Source: Octopus sinensis
Taxonomy: Eukaryota
Reading direction: 5' to 3'
DNA length: 64,000 bases
Assembly (NCBI RefSeq): GCF_006345805.1
Contig: NC_042998.1
Coordinates: 8,370,001 to 8,434,000, forward strand
Shown here: piece after piece, positions 24,015-36,177 of the stretch
Position numbering within the stretch: position 1 is the first letter of the stretch
Layout: each line of letters starts with the position of its first letter
The notes under the pieces: model-generated
The model's input: only the letters and a program-made list of their open reading frames with translations
Databases searched by the model: none
Told to the model about the DNA's origin: nothing
Program-made: the position numbers and the translations under genes

Positions 24015-24348
24015 AGGACGAATGCTGCTGTTGATTAGCTCCAAGAGGCCATCGCCTCTAGCTAGCTTTGTGACACACGAACCTATTAATATTTCTATTT
24101 TTGAAAACCAGTGGATGTATTCCACTGAATTTAGGTAAATAATCCTTCGAACAGACGGTCAGTAGCGACACCTGTTGGGTTCGGCTGCTCTACATCTGCA
24201 GACTGAAACTAGTCTGCAGTTGCCTGACCAGCAAGGGGAAGCGGCTGACCTCCCCTGTTCGAAGGCTATAATGGACACAAGTTCGTGTGTCATATAGCTA
24301 GCTAGAGGCGATGGTCTCTTGGGCCTAATCAACGGCAGCATTCGTCCT
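24015..24348. repeat. 68-bp inverted repeat enclosing a structured 198-bp spacer
   Basis: 24015-24082 versus the reverse complement of 24281-24348 match at 62/68; inner 11-bp IR at 24144-24154/24255-24265 and 9-bp hairpin at 24196-24219. Confidence 0.85.
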
Positions 24349-24517
24349 ATTTTTCTGGACTGCTATGTTAGCTTGGCGATAACTATTAATATCCAGTACC
24401 GCTGCCGTAGTCTCCTTTAGAGAGACTTAGATATATTAATATATATATATATATACACATACATACATACATACATACATAGACACACACACAAACACAC
24501 ACATATATATATGTATG

Positions 24518-24583
<66 letters not shown>

Positions 24584-24779
24584 GAGAGAGACGGAAGATG
24601 ATATATACAACAAACTTTATTGAACACTACAATCGTTTCGACCCATCTACCATCGATCCCTCGCGAGTAGGATATTATACAACTGGTTGAGGTGCCATAG
24701 ACAATGAACGTGCTTTACCGGCAAACTAACCAGGTGTATACCATATGCTTAATTAACTACTAACTATTTATATTTATGT

Positions 24780-24960
24780 AGTTGAAATTTATGGAAAAAC
24801 AAAAAACGAAGACAGGTGTATGAACAACAAGCAAATGTATTAGTTTGACGGTCGGGAAAAATGAAAAAGTCTTTTACGTTTCGAGCCTACGCTCTTCGAC
24901 AGAAAGGAATAAAAGAAAATAAACACAGAGAGAATGAGAAAAAACTTGTAGATTTCAGTG
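24780..24960 (-). mobile_element. Short Penelope-related element with variant hammerhead motif
   Basis: Minus strand CCTTT-CTGTCGAA-GAGCGTAGGCTC-GAAACGTA-AAAG; homologous to 21920-22060. Confidence 0.55.
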
Positions 24961-24972
24961 GTCCAACTTGGC

Positions 24973-25030
<58 letters not shown>

Positions 25031-25864
25031 TATAATGTCGTCAAATTAGTTACGCATTTTTGTTGAAGTTCCCACTTTGACAGAAACTGACCAATTTCCA
25101 TATTCTTTACTAAACTATCTCATTTTTCAATCCTAGAAATGTTAATGTTTTTTCAACAACTCTTTATTATATTTTATAGCACAAAAATCAAACGGAATAC
25201 TTTTCATACTGCGAAAGTCAAAATTATTGAATTAGGCTACTCAATATGGCTAAGGCAGTTAAACTAAAGAATTCCAGAGTGGTTGCCATATCCGATATAA
25301 TCTGTCGAAGAATATTATCAAATTATGTCTGGCAACAAATTCTATTCTTAATCAGATTTCAAGTGAAGCGTTGAGTGCTATGGAATCTAAATATATTGTG
25401 CAGTCATCTTGTGGCATCTTTTGTCTCCAAAAGAATTAATAAGCTAAACTACAACTATGGAACAAATGTTGCAATGGTATTTAAACACAAGAGATTTAGT
25501 AATAAGATTACATCATGGAATTTCCTAGGAGAGAATGTTCTTATCTGCAGTATGAGTAAAAGAAGATAGAGATAAGTTCAATTTTAGATCTCTGCAGTAC
25601 TGAAGAATTAAGTTATTCTCAACGATGGATATCAAAAATAGAATTGCTTCAGTTATTTGACGATCGTTCAAATCTTGGCTTCTTCATAATTCTGAGATCA
25701 TGTTTCCCATGAATAAAAGAAAAAAAAATGATGATTTTCTTTGTTTCGATATTTAAGAATTCGTACCCCTACAAGTATTGATTAACCGACGTATGGCATC
25801 CGACCCTAGAGTATCTGCGTGAAGGAATTCCGTCCGAAGCATGTGAGTATGGAACTAGGACGTT

Positions 25865-25889
25865 ATGACGATGATGATCATGATGATGA

Positions 25890-25923
<34 letters not shown>

Positions 25924-25930
25924 GATGATT

Positions 25931-25962
<32 letters not shown>

Positions 25963-25995
25963 AATGATGATGATGATGAAGATGATAATGATGAA

Positions 25996-26027
<32 letters not shown>

Positions 26028-26256
26028 GCAAGGTAATAACATATTCCCAGCCGTCACTTATCAGAGTTCGCATTCTTATTTATTTCAACATTTCTAAAAT
26101 TTTGCTTACTTTTTGCTTAATGAATTGCTTTAGATTAAAGCAAACCTGTCTTACGTTGTGATCTGATTTATGTTTCCAAGCATGGAACGTGGATGTTAGA
26201 ATGATGATGAAGATGATCATGATCATGATTATGATGACGACAACGACGACGACGAC

Positions 26257-26302
<46 letters not shown>

Positions 26303-26425
26303 GTGCTGGTGGTGGTGGTGGTGGTGGTGATGATGATGATGGTGGTGATGATTATGATGATGATGATGATTATCATCATCATCATCATCATCATAATCAT
26401 CACCACCATCATCATCATCACCACC

Positions 26426-26475
<50 letters not shown>

Positions 26476-26520
26476 GGTGACGACGACGATGATGATGATG
26501 ACGATAATGACGATGATGAG

Positions 26521-26551
<31 letters not shown>

Positions 26552-26680
26552 CAAAGATGATGTCGATGATAATGATGAAGATGACGACCATGATGATGAT
26601 CATGACCATGATGATAATGACTATGATGATGATGATTATAATGATGATGACCACGACGACGACGATGATGATGATGATAT
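25865..26680. repeat. Compound (GAT)n/(GGT)n/(GAC)n trinucleotide tracts with an internal inverted (CAT)n/(CAC)n segment
   Basis: Direct inspection; ggagcgcaaggtaataa follows both tracts (about 26022 and 26681). Confidence 0.95.
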
Positions 26681-27199
26681 GGAGCGCAAGGTAATAATAT
26701 ATTCTAGCCGTCACTTATCAGACTTCACATTTCTGAAATTTCGCTTACTCTCTTTAATGAGTTACTTTAAATTATTCCCATTACCGCTGGCCTTGTCTTG
26801 TGATTTGATTTATGCTTCCTAATAAATGTCTTTATTTTAAGGTCAAGTTGAACCCGGAATTCAAAGTGTACTGACATGTCTCCGTAGTGTTTAAAATATG
26901 GTTCTAATTATCTAAGACACATATAAGATGATACTCGGTTAACCAAATTTAGGCTGAAATAAAATGGAAATTGATAAGGAATAGCATGTAAAGGAGAGAA
27001 GTCATCAAGGAATTAATAAATATGTTTTTATATTATTTGTTTTCTAATTCTACAAGGATGAAGTTTTACTTTAAACTCCTATAAAAGGGAAATTCTATCC
27101 CAGTAGAATTAAATATTGGTAGATAAAATGAGATCTAGATAAATACTGTGGTAAATTAAATCGCCAACGTAAATCGTTATTTAATATTATCAATTATAA

Positions 27200-27535
27200 A
27201 AGGCTGCGAGTTGGCAGAAACGTTAACACGCCGGGCGAAATGCTTGGCGGAATTTCGACTGTCTTTACGTTCTGAGTTCAAATTCCGCCAATGTCGACTT
27301 TGCCTTTCATCCTTTCGTGGTCGATAAATTAAGTACCAGTTGCGTACTGGAATCGATCTAATCGACAGCCCCCCTCCCCAAAAATTTCGGGCCTTTTGCC
27401 TAGAGTAGAAAAGAATATCATTTATTATAAAAGGCAACGAATTGACAGAATCGTTAGCATGTCGGGCATTTCGTCCGTCTTTACGTTTTGAGTTCAAATT
27501 CCGTCGAGGTCAACTTTGCTTTCATCTTTTCGGGT
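27200..27535 (+). mobile_element. SINE family B dimer
   Basis: Two successive family B copies, the second internally deleted; paralogous arrangement at 49190-49470. Confidence 0.8.
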
Positions 27536-28477
27536 AGGTGTGAGTGTCTTTTTGTCAGTTAGACGCGTGGCCCTTTTCTAGATAAGTCTACCATATCCAT
27601 ATGTGCAGCAACGCTGTCCCAAATGTGAAATCAATACACCAATGTGGGACATACCCGAGCTTTGTAGAATGAGTATCAATAATTTTAGTGGAGGCCAAAG
27701 TATCTTCTGACTCTGAAGAGAAGGGTCAGTCGTAGAGATATGGTCCTATGTTAAGGATGTGCTCTTGCTAGGAGTGATCTTCCGCGATGGTGACACTCAA
27801 AAATTGACCCGATTTTGAGGGCTCAAGTTAAACGCTACTCTGGATCAAGTGGGTTTGGTCCAATGATGTTTTCTTGATAAGAGTAGCGTTTGGGTTTTTT
27901 GGGGGGGGGGTTTGCTATTGAAAGGGACAAGGTTGACATATTTCTGCTGAAGGATGCGTTCGAGATTTCTGTTCATGGAGTCCGTGTTTATATGGTGTAT
28001 GATCTTCTAGATCGGGAGTGAATGATGGGTGGCTGGGCGAAGTTGAATAGAAATGAAGGGTGGGATCGTTTGCCTAATGGAAGGTATTGTTGGATGTTGT
28101 GGCAAGACATTAATGTATAGAAGGAAGAAATCGGAGAACAAAACCAAATCTACATTTCTTGAAATGAAGCACGTGTCAACTGTGCAGTCTGACAGGATGC
28201 TAAGAGAAGAAAGATGACTGGAATACAAAGACAAGCAGTTTCTATAGGAGATTCGCATATCAGAAACAGCTGAAAGCTTTCATGATGTCGAGGGCGACAA
28301 TAATGCTTTCACCAAATTTCTCTTATTTATTTACCAGCTTGAAGGTAAGGGAGGAGAGCAGGTCACTAGTGGATCTGGTTTTATGGAAACCCGTACTGTT
28401 GGCTACTAAGAGAGAGAGAGGGAGAGGGGAGAGAGATATTCAAGTTACCGGAGAACGTCGCTGTGTATAGCTATTTC

Positions 28478-28712
28478 TTATTTCTTTATTGCCCACAAGG
28501 GGCTAAACACAGAAGGGACAAAGAAGGACATACAAACGGATTAAGTCGATTATATCGACCCCAGTACGTAACTGGTACTTAATTTATCGACCCCGAAAGG
28601 ATGAAAGGCGAAGTCGACCTCGGCGGAATTTGAACCTAGAACGTAACGGCAGACGAAATACGGCTACGCATTTCGCCCGGCGTGCTACCGATTCTGCCAG
28701 CTCGCCGCCTTA
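28478..28712 (-). mobile_element. SINE family B
   Basis: Reverse complement of the family B consensus ending in gccagctcgccgcctta. Confidence 0.85.
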
Positions 28713-29239
28713 AGTGTATAGCTATTTCTATTGCCTTAAAGATTTTAGAAATGAGTGCATCAGGACAATTGCAGTCAGGGCCGAATATGTTGCGTTTCTT
28801 GGTAATTGAGATACTCGGGTTTCAAAGAGAGAGGGGGGGATTAAAATTTTTGGTGAGTATAGGAGTAGACTCTGGAGAGCAATATGTGTGGTTAGCGGAG
28901 AAGACACCGTCAGGAGCGGAGTGGAACCTTGTTCGTTTGAAGTAACTGAAAGTACATTCGCACTTGGTGTTTACCTATGCAACGAGGCGGACTTGGAAGA
29001 ATGGAAAGGAAGAAAAGTGGATGCAATGTGGAATTGGCCGAAAAATTATCAGCGAAGGTGGAGGTTTCCTATACAGGAATACTGATCACAGAACCATTAT
29101 TGTTACGTAATGAATGGAAAGAGGATTCTACATATTGGCAGAAATTCTTTTGAGAAAGATCCTAAAAGATCAGTTGCAGTTTAGGTGTGATTGCTTGAGG
29201 CCAGTGTGAAGCAACTGAGAGAATAGACTTGTAAATGCT

Positions 29240-29650
29240 GCGAGTGGCTGTGTGGTAAGTAGCTTGTTTACTAACCACATGGTTCCGGGTTCAGTCCCAC
29301 TGTGTGGCACCTTGGGCAAGTGTTTTCTACTATAGCCTCGCGCCGACCAAAGCCTTGTGAGTGGATTTGGTAGACGGAAACTGAAAGAAGCCCGTCGTAT
29401 ATATATTTATATATATATGTGTGTGTGTGTGCATGTATGTTTGTGCGTCTGTGTTTGTCCCCCTAGCATTGCTTGACAACCGATGCTGGTGTGTTTATGT
29501 CCCCGTTACTTAGCGGTTCGGCAAAAGAGATCGATAGAATAAGTACTGGGCTTACAAAGAATAAGTCCCGGGGTCGAGTTGCTCGGCTAAAGGCGGTGCT
29601 CCAGCATGGCCGCAGTCAAATGACTGAAACAAGTAAAAGATAAAAGATAA
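29240..29650 (+). mobile_element. SINE family A
   Basis: Matches the consensus. Confidence 0.9.
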
Positions 29651-30294
29651 AAGGTAAGTAAGTTTCACGTTGCTTTTTGTCCGAAGTACTCCCGTAGAAC
29701 TATGAGTAAACCTTTTAGGGAGTAAAGGAGATATTTGATTTTTGTTGGGTGTGGGATCTAGAAGGGTATGCATTAAAGGATAATTTCAATCACTCGCCTA
29801 ACAGTTTCTAATGACTCGGGAGTGAAGCACATATGCTGCCAGGGGCTATTACCATAAATCTGGCAAATCTTCCACCAACCAACGGCTTACTGTGCTATAG
29901 GATCAGGGGTTTGGAGTAGAGTGTGTTAGCAGGGGTCGGATGACAGGATAGGTGCAGAGATTATACTTTGGTCTGGGTTAGGTTCAGAGGTAAGAAAGAG
30001 ATCAAAGACATTTGAGGTATATGTGTGTGTCGATTTGTAATGCGTATTTGAGGATGAGACAAGGCGATGAAATGATCTGGGATCTGCACCGACGGGATCA
30101 GCAATGGCTGAGAGGGGAAAGCCACGAGAAGCTGCGGGTGATGAGGAAACCAGAAACGATATCTTACTAACAGTAGTGACTGCTTTAGTCAAATCATTTA
30201 TCACTTAACGAACATAACACATACACAAAGACACATGCGAACGTGAACAGATGTTCACATACGTATGAGGGCGTGAAATATCGATAGATAGATC

Positions 30295-30342
<48 letters not shown>

Positions 30343-30344
30343 TT

Positions 30345-30430
<86 letters not shown>

Positions 30431-30645
30431 TGTTTCTTTATTAGCCACGCAGGGCTGCACACAGACAGGACAAATTACAAGGTAGAGCTTTTCTTTTGGG
30501 GGTAAAAAAAGGAGGTTTGGTTTTCGATCAAAAGGGATCGTAAAGGGAAAGAAAGAGGACAAAAAAAGGGGGGAATAAAATTTTTTTGAAAAGGGGTGGG
30601 AAGGAAAAAAAGGGAAAGGAAAAAAATTGACCAATAGGATCGTTA
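30431..30645 (-). mobile_element. Short 3' fragment of a Tx1-like LINE embedded in (GATA)n
   Basis: tgtttctttattagccac(g/a)cagggctgcacacaga...ggtagagcttttcttttg matches the 3' end of 53406-54780; (GATA)n on both sides. Confidence 0.7.
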
Positions 30646-30659
30646 GATATGGATCGATC

Positions 30660-30722
<63 letters not shown>

Positions 30723-30785
30723 GAATAGATAGATAGATGAATAGATAGTATATATATAAATTTAAATGTACACATGAATATTTGC

Positions 30786-30827
<42 letters not shown>

Positions 30828-31081
30828 ATATATATGTACATGCATATATGGGTACAGGACGTCACCAACGTTACAAATAACATGAAATACGTAAACGAGA
30901 GAAAAAATAGAAAAACAGGACAAGTAAGCACAGAGAACGGACCCTTCATCAGTTGCCGTCATGCGATCTGTATGGATGTTCCAAGTATGTATGTATCACA
31001 AGTCTTACTAAGCTGCAGTATTCGTCTTAGGAAAGCATTCCTTATAGACAAATACCGCAGTTTGATACGGCTGTTAACACT

Positions 31082-31129
<48 letters not shown>

Positions 31130-31132
<3 letters not shown>

Positions 31133-31449
31133 TATATGTCTTTTTTTATGCGCCCTTTCAAGCCTAGCCAGGCCCATGGGCCCGGTTTCCCGGTTTCTGT
31201 GGCGTATGTGTTCCCCTCCAGCTGGACGGGACGCCAGTCCATCGCAGTGTTACCCAAGAAACAGGAAGAGAGGGTGAGAGAAAGTTGTGGCCAAAGAGTA
31301 CAAACAGGGGTCGCCGCTACCCGCTGTCGGAGCCTCATGGAGCTTTAGGTGTTTTCGCTCAATAAGCACACACAACGCCCGGTCTGGGAACCGAAATCGC
31401 GATCCTCCGACTGCGTGTCCGCTGCCCTAACCACTGGGCCATTGCGCCT

Positions 31450-31452
<3 letters not shown>
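31130..31452 (-). mobile_element. SINE family C with a different 3' tail
   Basis: Same head and body as 1741-2052; tail gaaaccgggaaaccgggcccatgggcctggctaggcttgaaagggcgc. Confidence 0.8.
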
Positions 31453-31520
<68 letters not shown>

Positions 31521-31541
31521 TTTAGACACACATACATACAT

Positions 31542-31958
31542 ATAGGCGCAGGAGTGGCTGTGTGGTAAGTAGCTTGCCTACCAACCACATGCTTCTGGGT
31601 TCAGTCTCACTGCGTGGTATCTTGGGCAAGTGTCTTCTGCTATAGCCTAGGGCCGACCAATGCCTTGTGAGTGGATTTGGTAGACAGAAACTGAAAGAAG
31701 CCTGTATATATGTATATATATGTTTGTATGTGTATGTATATGTTTGTGTGTCTATGTTTGTCCCTCTAGCATTGCTTGACAACCGATACTGGTGTGTTTA
31801 CGTCCCCGTCACTTAGCGGTTCGGCAAAAGAGACCGATAGACTAAGTACTGGGCTTACAAAGAATAAGTCCCGGGGTCGAGTTGCTCGACTAAAGGCGGT
31901 GCTCCAGCATGGCCGCAGTCAAATGACTGAAACAAGTAAAAGAGTAAAAGAGTAAGAG
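31542..31958 (+). mobile_element. SINE family A with (GTAAAAGA)n-like tail
   Basis: Matches the consensus. Confidence 0.9.
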
Positions 31959-32396
31959 TATGTATGTATTTTTTATGAATTTAATAGAACGATGCAAGCT
32001 GATGGAAACAAATATTGAATACTGTTAGATGTTTCTGCCTTCAAACAGGTTTTCCGTGTTTGAGGAGTGCCAACTCCATAGGTTAATGACTGTTTTCACT
32101 GACTCATATTTAAGATAAAATGAATCTATTCCCCCAACGCTATTTAATTATATCAACATTTTCCATTTCCTATAATCCGGTTTTACATATGTAAATATAC
32201 TTTAGCGAAATATATTAATATGTTTAAAACATAATCTCGCAGATAAAAGAATCTTACGGAACCAGGAGCAAACAGCTATTTTCGTTATTTATGTTTGCAG
32301 TAGATAACTTTTAACTGTTGTCAAACTGACCTCAGTATGCAAATTAGCTAGGTCATTGGTGCGGTAAAAAGTATTTTCTACCTAGCTGGATGCTAT

Positions 32397-32775
32397 AGGA
32401 AGCACTCCGTCGATTTCGACGATGAGGGTTCCGGTTGATCCGATCAACGGAACAGCCTGCTCATGAAATTAACGTGTAAGTGGCTGAGCACTCCACAGAC
32501 ACGTGTACCTTTAACGTAGTTCTCGAGGATATTCAGCGTGACACAGAGTGACAAGGCCGGCCCTTTGAAATACAGGTACAACAGAAACAGGAAGTAAGAG
32601 TGAGAGAAAGTTGTAGTGAAAGAGTACAGCAGGGATCACCACCATCCCCTGCCGGAGCCTCGTGGAGCTTTAGGTGTTTTCGCTCAATAAACACTCACAA
32701 CGCCCGGTCTGGGAATCGAAACCGTGATCCTACGACCGCGAGTCCGCTGCCTAACCACTGGGCCATTGCGCCTCC
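32397..32775 (-). mobile_element. SINE family C (long variant) with 13-bp TSD
   Basis: Flanked by agctggatgctat at 32384-32396 and 32776-32788. Confidence 0.9.
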
Positions 32776-32884
32776 AGCTGGATGCTATTATCACTTAAGA
32801 GAACGAAGTAGTTAAGCTGAAACTTAAGAAAACATTTTACTTTGCCGATTAATATATTATTTTTCTTCCCGATAACGTGCGGTA

Positions 32885-33241
32885 ACTTCGGGGTCGATAA
32901 ATCAAGTACCAGTTATGCACTGGGGTCGATGTAATCGACTTAATCCGGTTGTCTGTCCTTGTTTGTCCCCCTCTATGTTTAGCCCCTTGTGGGTAATAAA
33001 GAAACAGTAAGGCGGTGAGCTGGCAGAATCGTTAGCACGCCGGGCGAAATGCTTAGCGGTTTTTTGTCTGCCGCTACGTTGTGAGTTCAAATTCCGCCGA
33101 GGTCGACTTTGCCTTTCATCCTTTCGGGGGCGATTAAATAAGTACCAGTTACGCACTGGGGTCGATGTAATCGACTTAATCCGGTTGTCTGTTCTTGTTT
33201 GCCCCCTCTATGTTTAGCCCTTTGTGGGCAATAAAGAAACA
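32885..33241 (+). mobile_element. SINE family B: 3' half followed by a full copy
   Basis: Matches the consensus; both end ...cttgtgggyaataaagaaacag. Confidence 0.85.
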
Positions 33242-33282
33242 GATAACGTGCGGTATCCTCCAAGATTTCCATTTTGCATCCT

Positions 33283-33331
<49 letters not shown>

Positions 33332-33424
33332 CGTGTGTGTGTGTGTGTGCGTGCGTGTGTGTGTGTGTTGGTATATGTCTTTACACACCAGTCACGCTGT
33401 ATATTAATGTGTGCGCGCTTGTGT

Positions 33425-33650
33425 GAAGGCGCGTGGCTCGGTGCGTGTTGCATTCAGGATCGTAAGATTGTGGTTTCGATTCCTTGAACGGGTGATGGCT
33501 TTTTTTCTTCGTGAACGAAACTCTTCATTTCACGTTGCACCAGTCCACTCGGTTGGCAAATGTAAGCAATTCTTCGATGGGTCCATAGGACTGTCGGGAA
33601 TATATACGTCACACAATCCGGTAAACAAGGCTTGTGAACCTAAGATTTGA
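33425..33650 (+). mobile_element. tRNA-derived SINE, diverged relative of 5834-6080
   Basis: gaaggcgcgtggctc...gatcgtaagattgtggtttcgattcc...tttcacgttgc.ccagtccactc.gttggcaaatg. Confidence 0.7.
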
Positions 33651-33874
33651 GAAGGAGCTTTGATTATATATATATATTAGTATAATCCAAATTTAAAAAC
33701 CGCAAATCTTGAAATGACAGCTGCCCAGGGTTTCCCGTGCGAAATAATAATTTGTTCCGCTATTTATGTCTTTTTGTCTTTTGAGCAGATAACGTTTAAC
33801 TAAGAGTCGCTTGTAAATAAGAAGGCAAAAAGGAAAAGCACAAGGGAGATAACCACATAATGTGTGTGCGTATG

Positions 33875-33928
<54 letters not shown>

Positions 33929-33930
<2 letters not shown>

Positions 33931-34115
33931 ACGGGAAGGTTTACAAAAATAAACAAAAGACGAAGGCAGGTGGAGTACAAACAAACAAATGTATTAGTAT
34001 AGCGCTCAGGAATAGAAATAGAACAAGTCTTTTACGTTTCGAGCCTACGCTCTTCAACAGAAAGATACACAGAAAAGAAACAAGGAGAGAAACAAGGAGA
34101 GAAAAAAATGCGTGT
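33929..34115 (-). mobile_element. Short Penelope-related element with variant hammerhead motif
   Basis: Minus strand TCTTT-CTGTTGAA-GAGCGTAGGCTC-GAAACGTA-AAAGA at 34029-34065. Confidence 0.55.
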
Positions 34116-34239
34116 AGGAGCTAACGGTCCATCATGGCGTTCTGACTTCAGGCAGAAGTCAGAAGACAGAGGTGAGACGTTAGACGCTAGAGGGATAGTA
34201 GGGGAGATAACAGGGTATATATATGTATATATATATATA

Positions 34240-34285
<46 letters not shown>

Positions 34286-34313
34286 AACAAAAAAAAAGAG
34301 TCAAAAGGATGTA

Positions 34314-35034
34314 CGAGGTTTGATCAATAATTATCCGGACTGGTGTTAAAAAAAAAACTACAACACATACTAATTTGGCATTTAAAACCCATTAGAAAGC
34401 CACACACTTAATCCAGCGCTGTTTCCATTAAAGGAAGAATTCCTGAAACCCGAGTGTGTTTTTGGTCAGCTGAAAGCAATTTTGGCACAAACTTGGTAGA
34501 CACACATCTCATACCCAAACCTTCAGTGAAAATAGACGGAACTGAACTGTAACTAATCTTCACATACTCTGATAAATCACCGATAGTGAATCGACGATTT
34601 CCCCTCACAGCTGCAAACACATCTACGATGTTTTTCTCAGTTCTGCTAGTTGCGGGTCTCACAGAACTTTCGTCACTATTTCCGGCCATTTTGTAAACAT
34701 CTGAACCACTCCTACACTTGTGTGCGACTCATACACTCCACTCTATACACTTTCTGCAACATTGCGTAGTCCTCTGAGCAGCTTTCGCCAAGCTTTTGAC
34801 AAAATTTGATGCAGATTCTCTGCTCAGCTTACACTGTGATGGTCAATGCGACGATCACACGCTACACCCGTTCCTTCCAAGCACGGCTGTAAACAGCGGA
34901 AGTGAGCTACTACATTAAAACGTAGTGCGCATGCACAGCAGAATTCAAGGTCAATCTGTAGCAAGCGGCTTCGCTCTGCGTGCTTTAGCTTCATTGCTAT
35001 GGCAACAGTCCGGATACTTATTGATCAGACCACG
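34314..35034 (-). mobile_element. Internally deleted mariner transposon with both TIRs and TA duplication
   Basis: TIRs cgaggtttgatcaataattatccggactg and cagtccggatacttattgatcagaccacg, each abutting TA; 34408-34689 encodes a mariner N-terminal HTH (RPATSRTE...RRFTIGDLS...GMRCVSTKFVPKLL). Confidence 0.9.
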
Positions 35035-35260
35035 TACACAGTGAATGTAATAAGTTGATGTCCAGTTTAAGATGGCGAAAATAGGTGGGATAACGTTTCG
35101 ATTATGACTCTTCGTCAGAAAGAGGAAAGAGGAAATGCCTGGAGAGAAGGAAAAGAATAGCCTAAGAAAAGGACGTATATCGCTATATTGCTGAAGTGAC
35201 AGCAACATATAAGGTTCTGGGAAGGAAGAAGGATAGGTTATGTCCTATGCAGCTCCAGAA

Positions 35261-35768
35261 GACTGACCCGCAACCAGAAGAACTGAGGAAAAAATTGCAG
35301 ATGTGCGTGCAGCTGTGAGGGGAAATCGTCGAATTACCATCCGTGAGTTATCAACGGATGTGCAGATTATGGTTATGTTTCAGTTATGGTTAATTTCAGT
35401 CCATTATCACTTAAGACTTTGGTATGAGTCTCGTGACTACCAAGTTTGTGCCAAAACTACTGCCAAGACACTCGGGTTTCAGCTGCACGAAATCTCCTTG
35501 ATTGTGTCGAGAACGTTGAAGACATTTTGAAAACTTTGCCTAGGCCTCTGAGCAGATGTTGCCAAGCTTTAGGCAAAATTTGACCCAGATTCTCTGCTCA
35601 ACTTTCTCTGTCATGGTCAATGCGACGATCACACACTACACATGTTCCTTCGAAGCACTATTTTAAACAGCAGAATTCAAGGTCAATCTGTGCCAAGCAG
35701 TTTCACTCTGCATGCTTTAACTTTGTTACTATGTCAACAGGCCGGATGCTTATTGATGAGACCCCGTA
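35261..35768. mobile_element. Rearranged fragment of the same mariner family
   Basis: 35261-35520 is a plus-strand transposase fragment (VRGNRRITIRELS); 35525-35768 matches the TIR-proximal end of the neighbouring copy in its minus orientation. Confidence 0.75.
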
Positions 35769-35784
35769 TATATATATATATATA

Positions 35785-36167
35785 CTAGCAGTATCGCCCG
35801 GCGTTGCTCAGGTTTGTAAGGGAAATAACTATAAAGCATTTTTAGAGAGTTATAGCAAAAAAATAGCAAAAAAATGGAAAAAAATGATGGTAAATTTTTT
35901 TGAGAGTTTAAAAAGGTGGAGTTGCGTCCCCTAGACAGTTTGTGGTTTGTGTTTCTGATTCTCGACCCCATGTCGAATTTATCGATTTTTTTCAGAACTG
36001 GGGGAACTTTTCAAAATTTTCGCTGCGTTAGTTTTGAATTATGACATTGGGCTATGTGTGTGTCAAGTTTCATCAGAATCGGTTGAAAGCCGTGGTCAGG
36101 GTGAGGGTACAAGCAAACAGACACACAGAAACACGCACAGACAAACTGCCGTTTATATAGAGAGAGA
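35785..36167 (-). mobile_element. Non-autonomous Helitron
   Basis: Minus strand starts TC, ends with a GC-rich hairpin about 10 nt before CTAG, and sits between A and T. Confidence 0.75.
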
Positions 36168-36177
36168 TATATATATA

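Larger units (their letters stand above)
27760..30190 (-). pseudogene. Degraded LINE ORF2 remnant (endonuclease plus RT), interrupted by SINEs
   Basis: Minus-strand motifs DLFLTSEP...PILSSDPC (about 29935-30010), GESIIVALDIMKAF (about 28275-28317) and FLLYINVLP (about 28100-28130). Confidence 0.65.

Noticed and set aside
23823-24125. ORF with FIDDII, resembling the Penelope RT YIDD motif
   Set aside because: Neighbouring RT motifs could not be recovered, and half the ORF is one arm of the inverted repeat; a profile search is needed.
25819-26714. Poly-Asp, poly-His, poly-Met and poly-Ile ORFs
   Set aside because: Products of trinucleotide repeats that are open in most frames.
30930-30965. 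CTGATGA hammerhead core on the minus strand
   Set aside because: No matching GAAA and stem III were found downstream.
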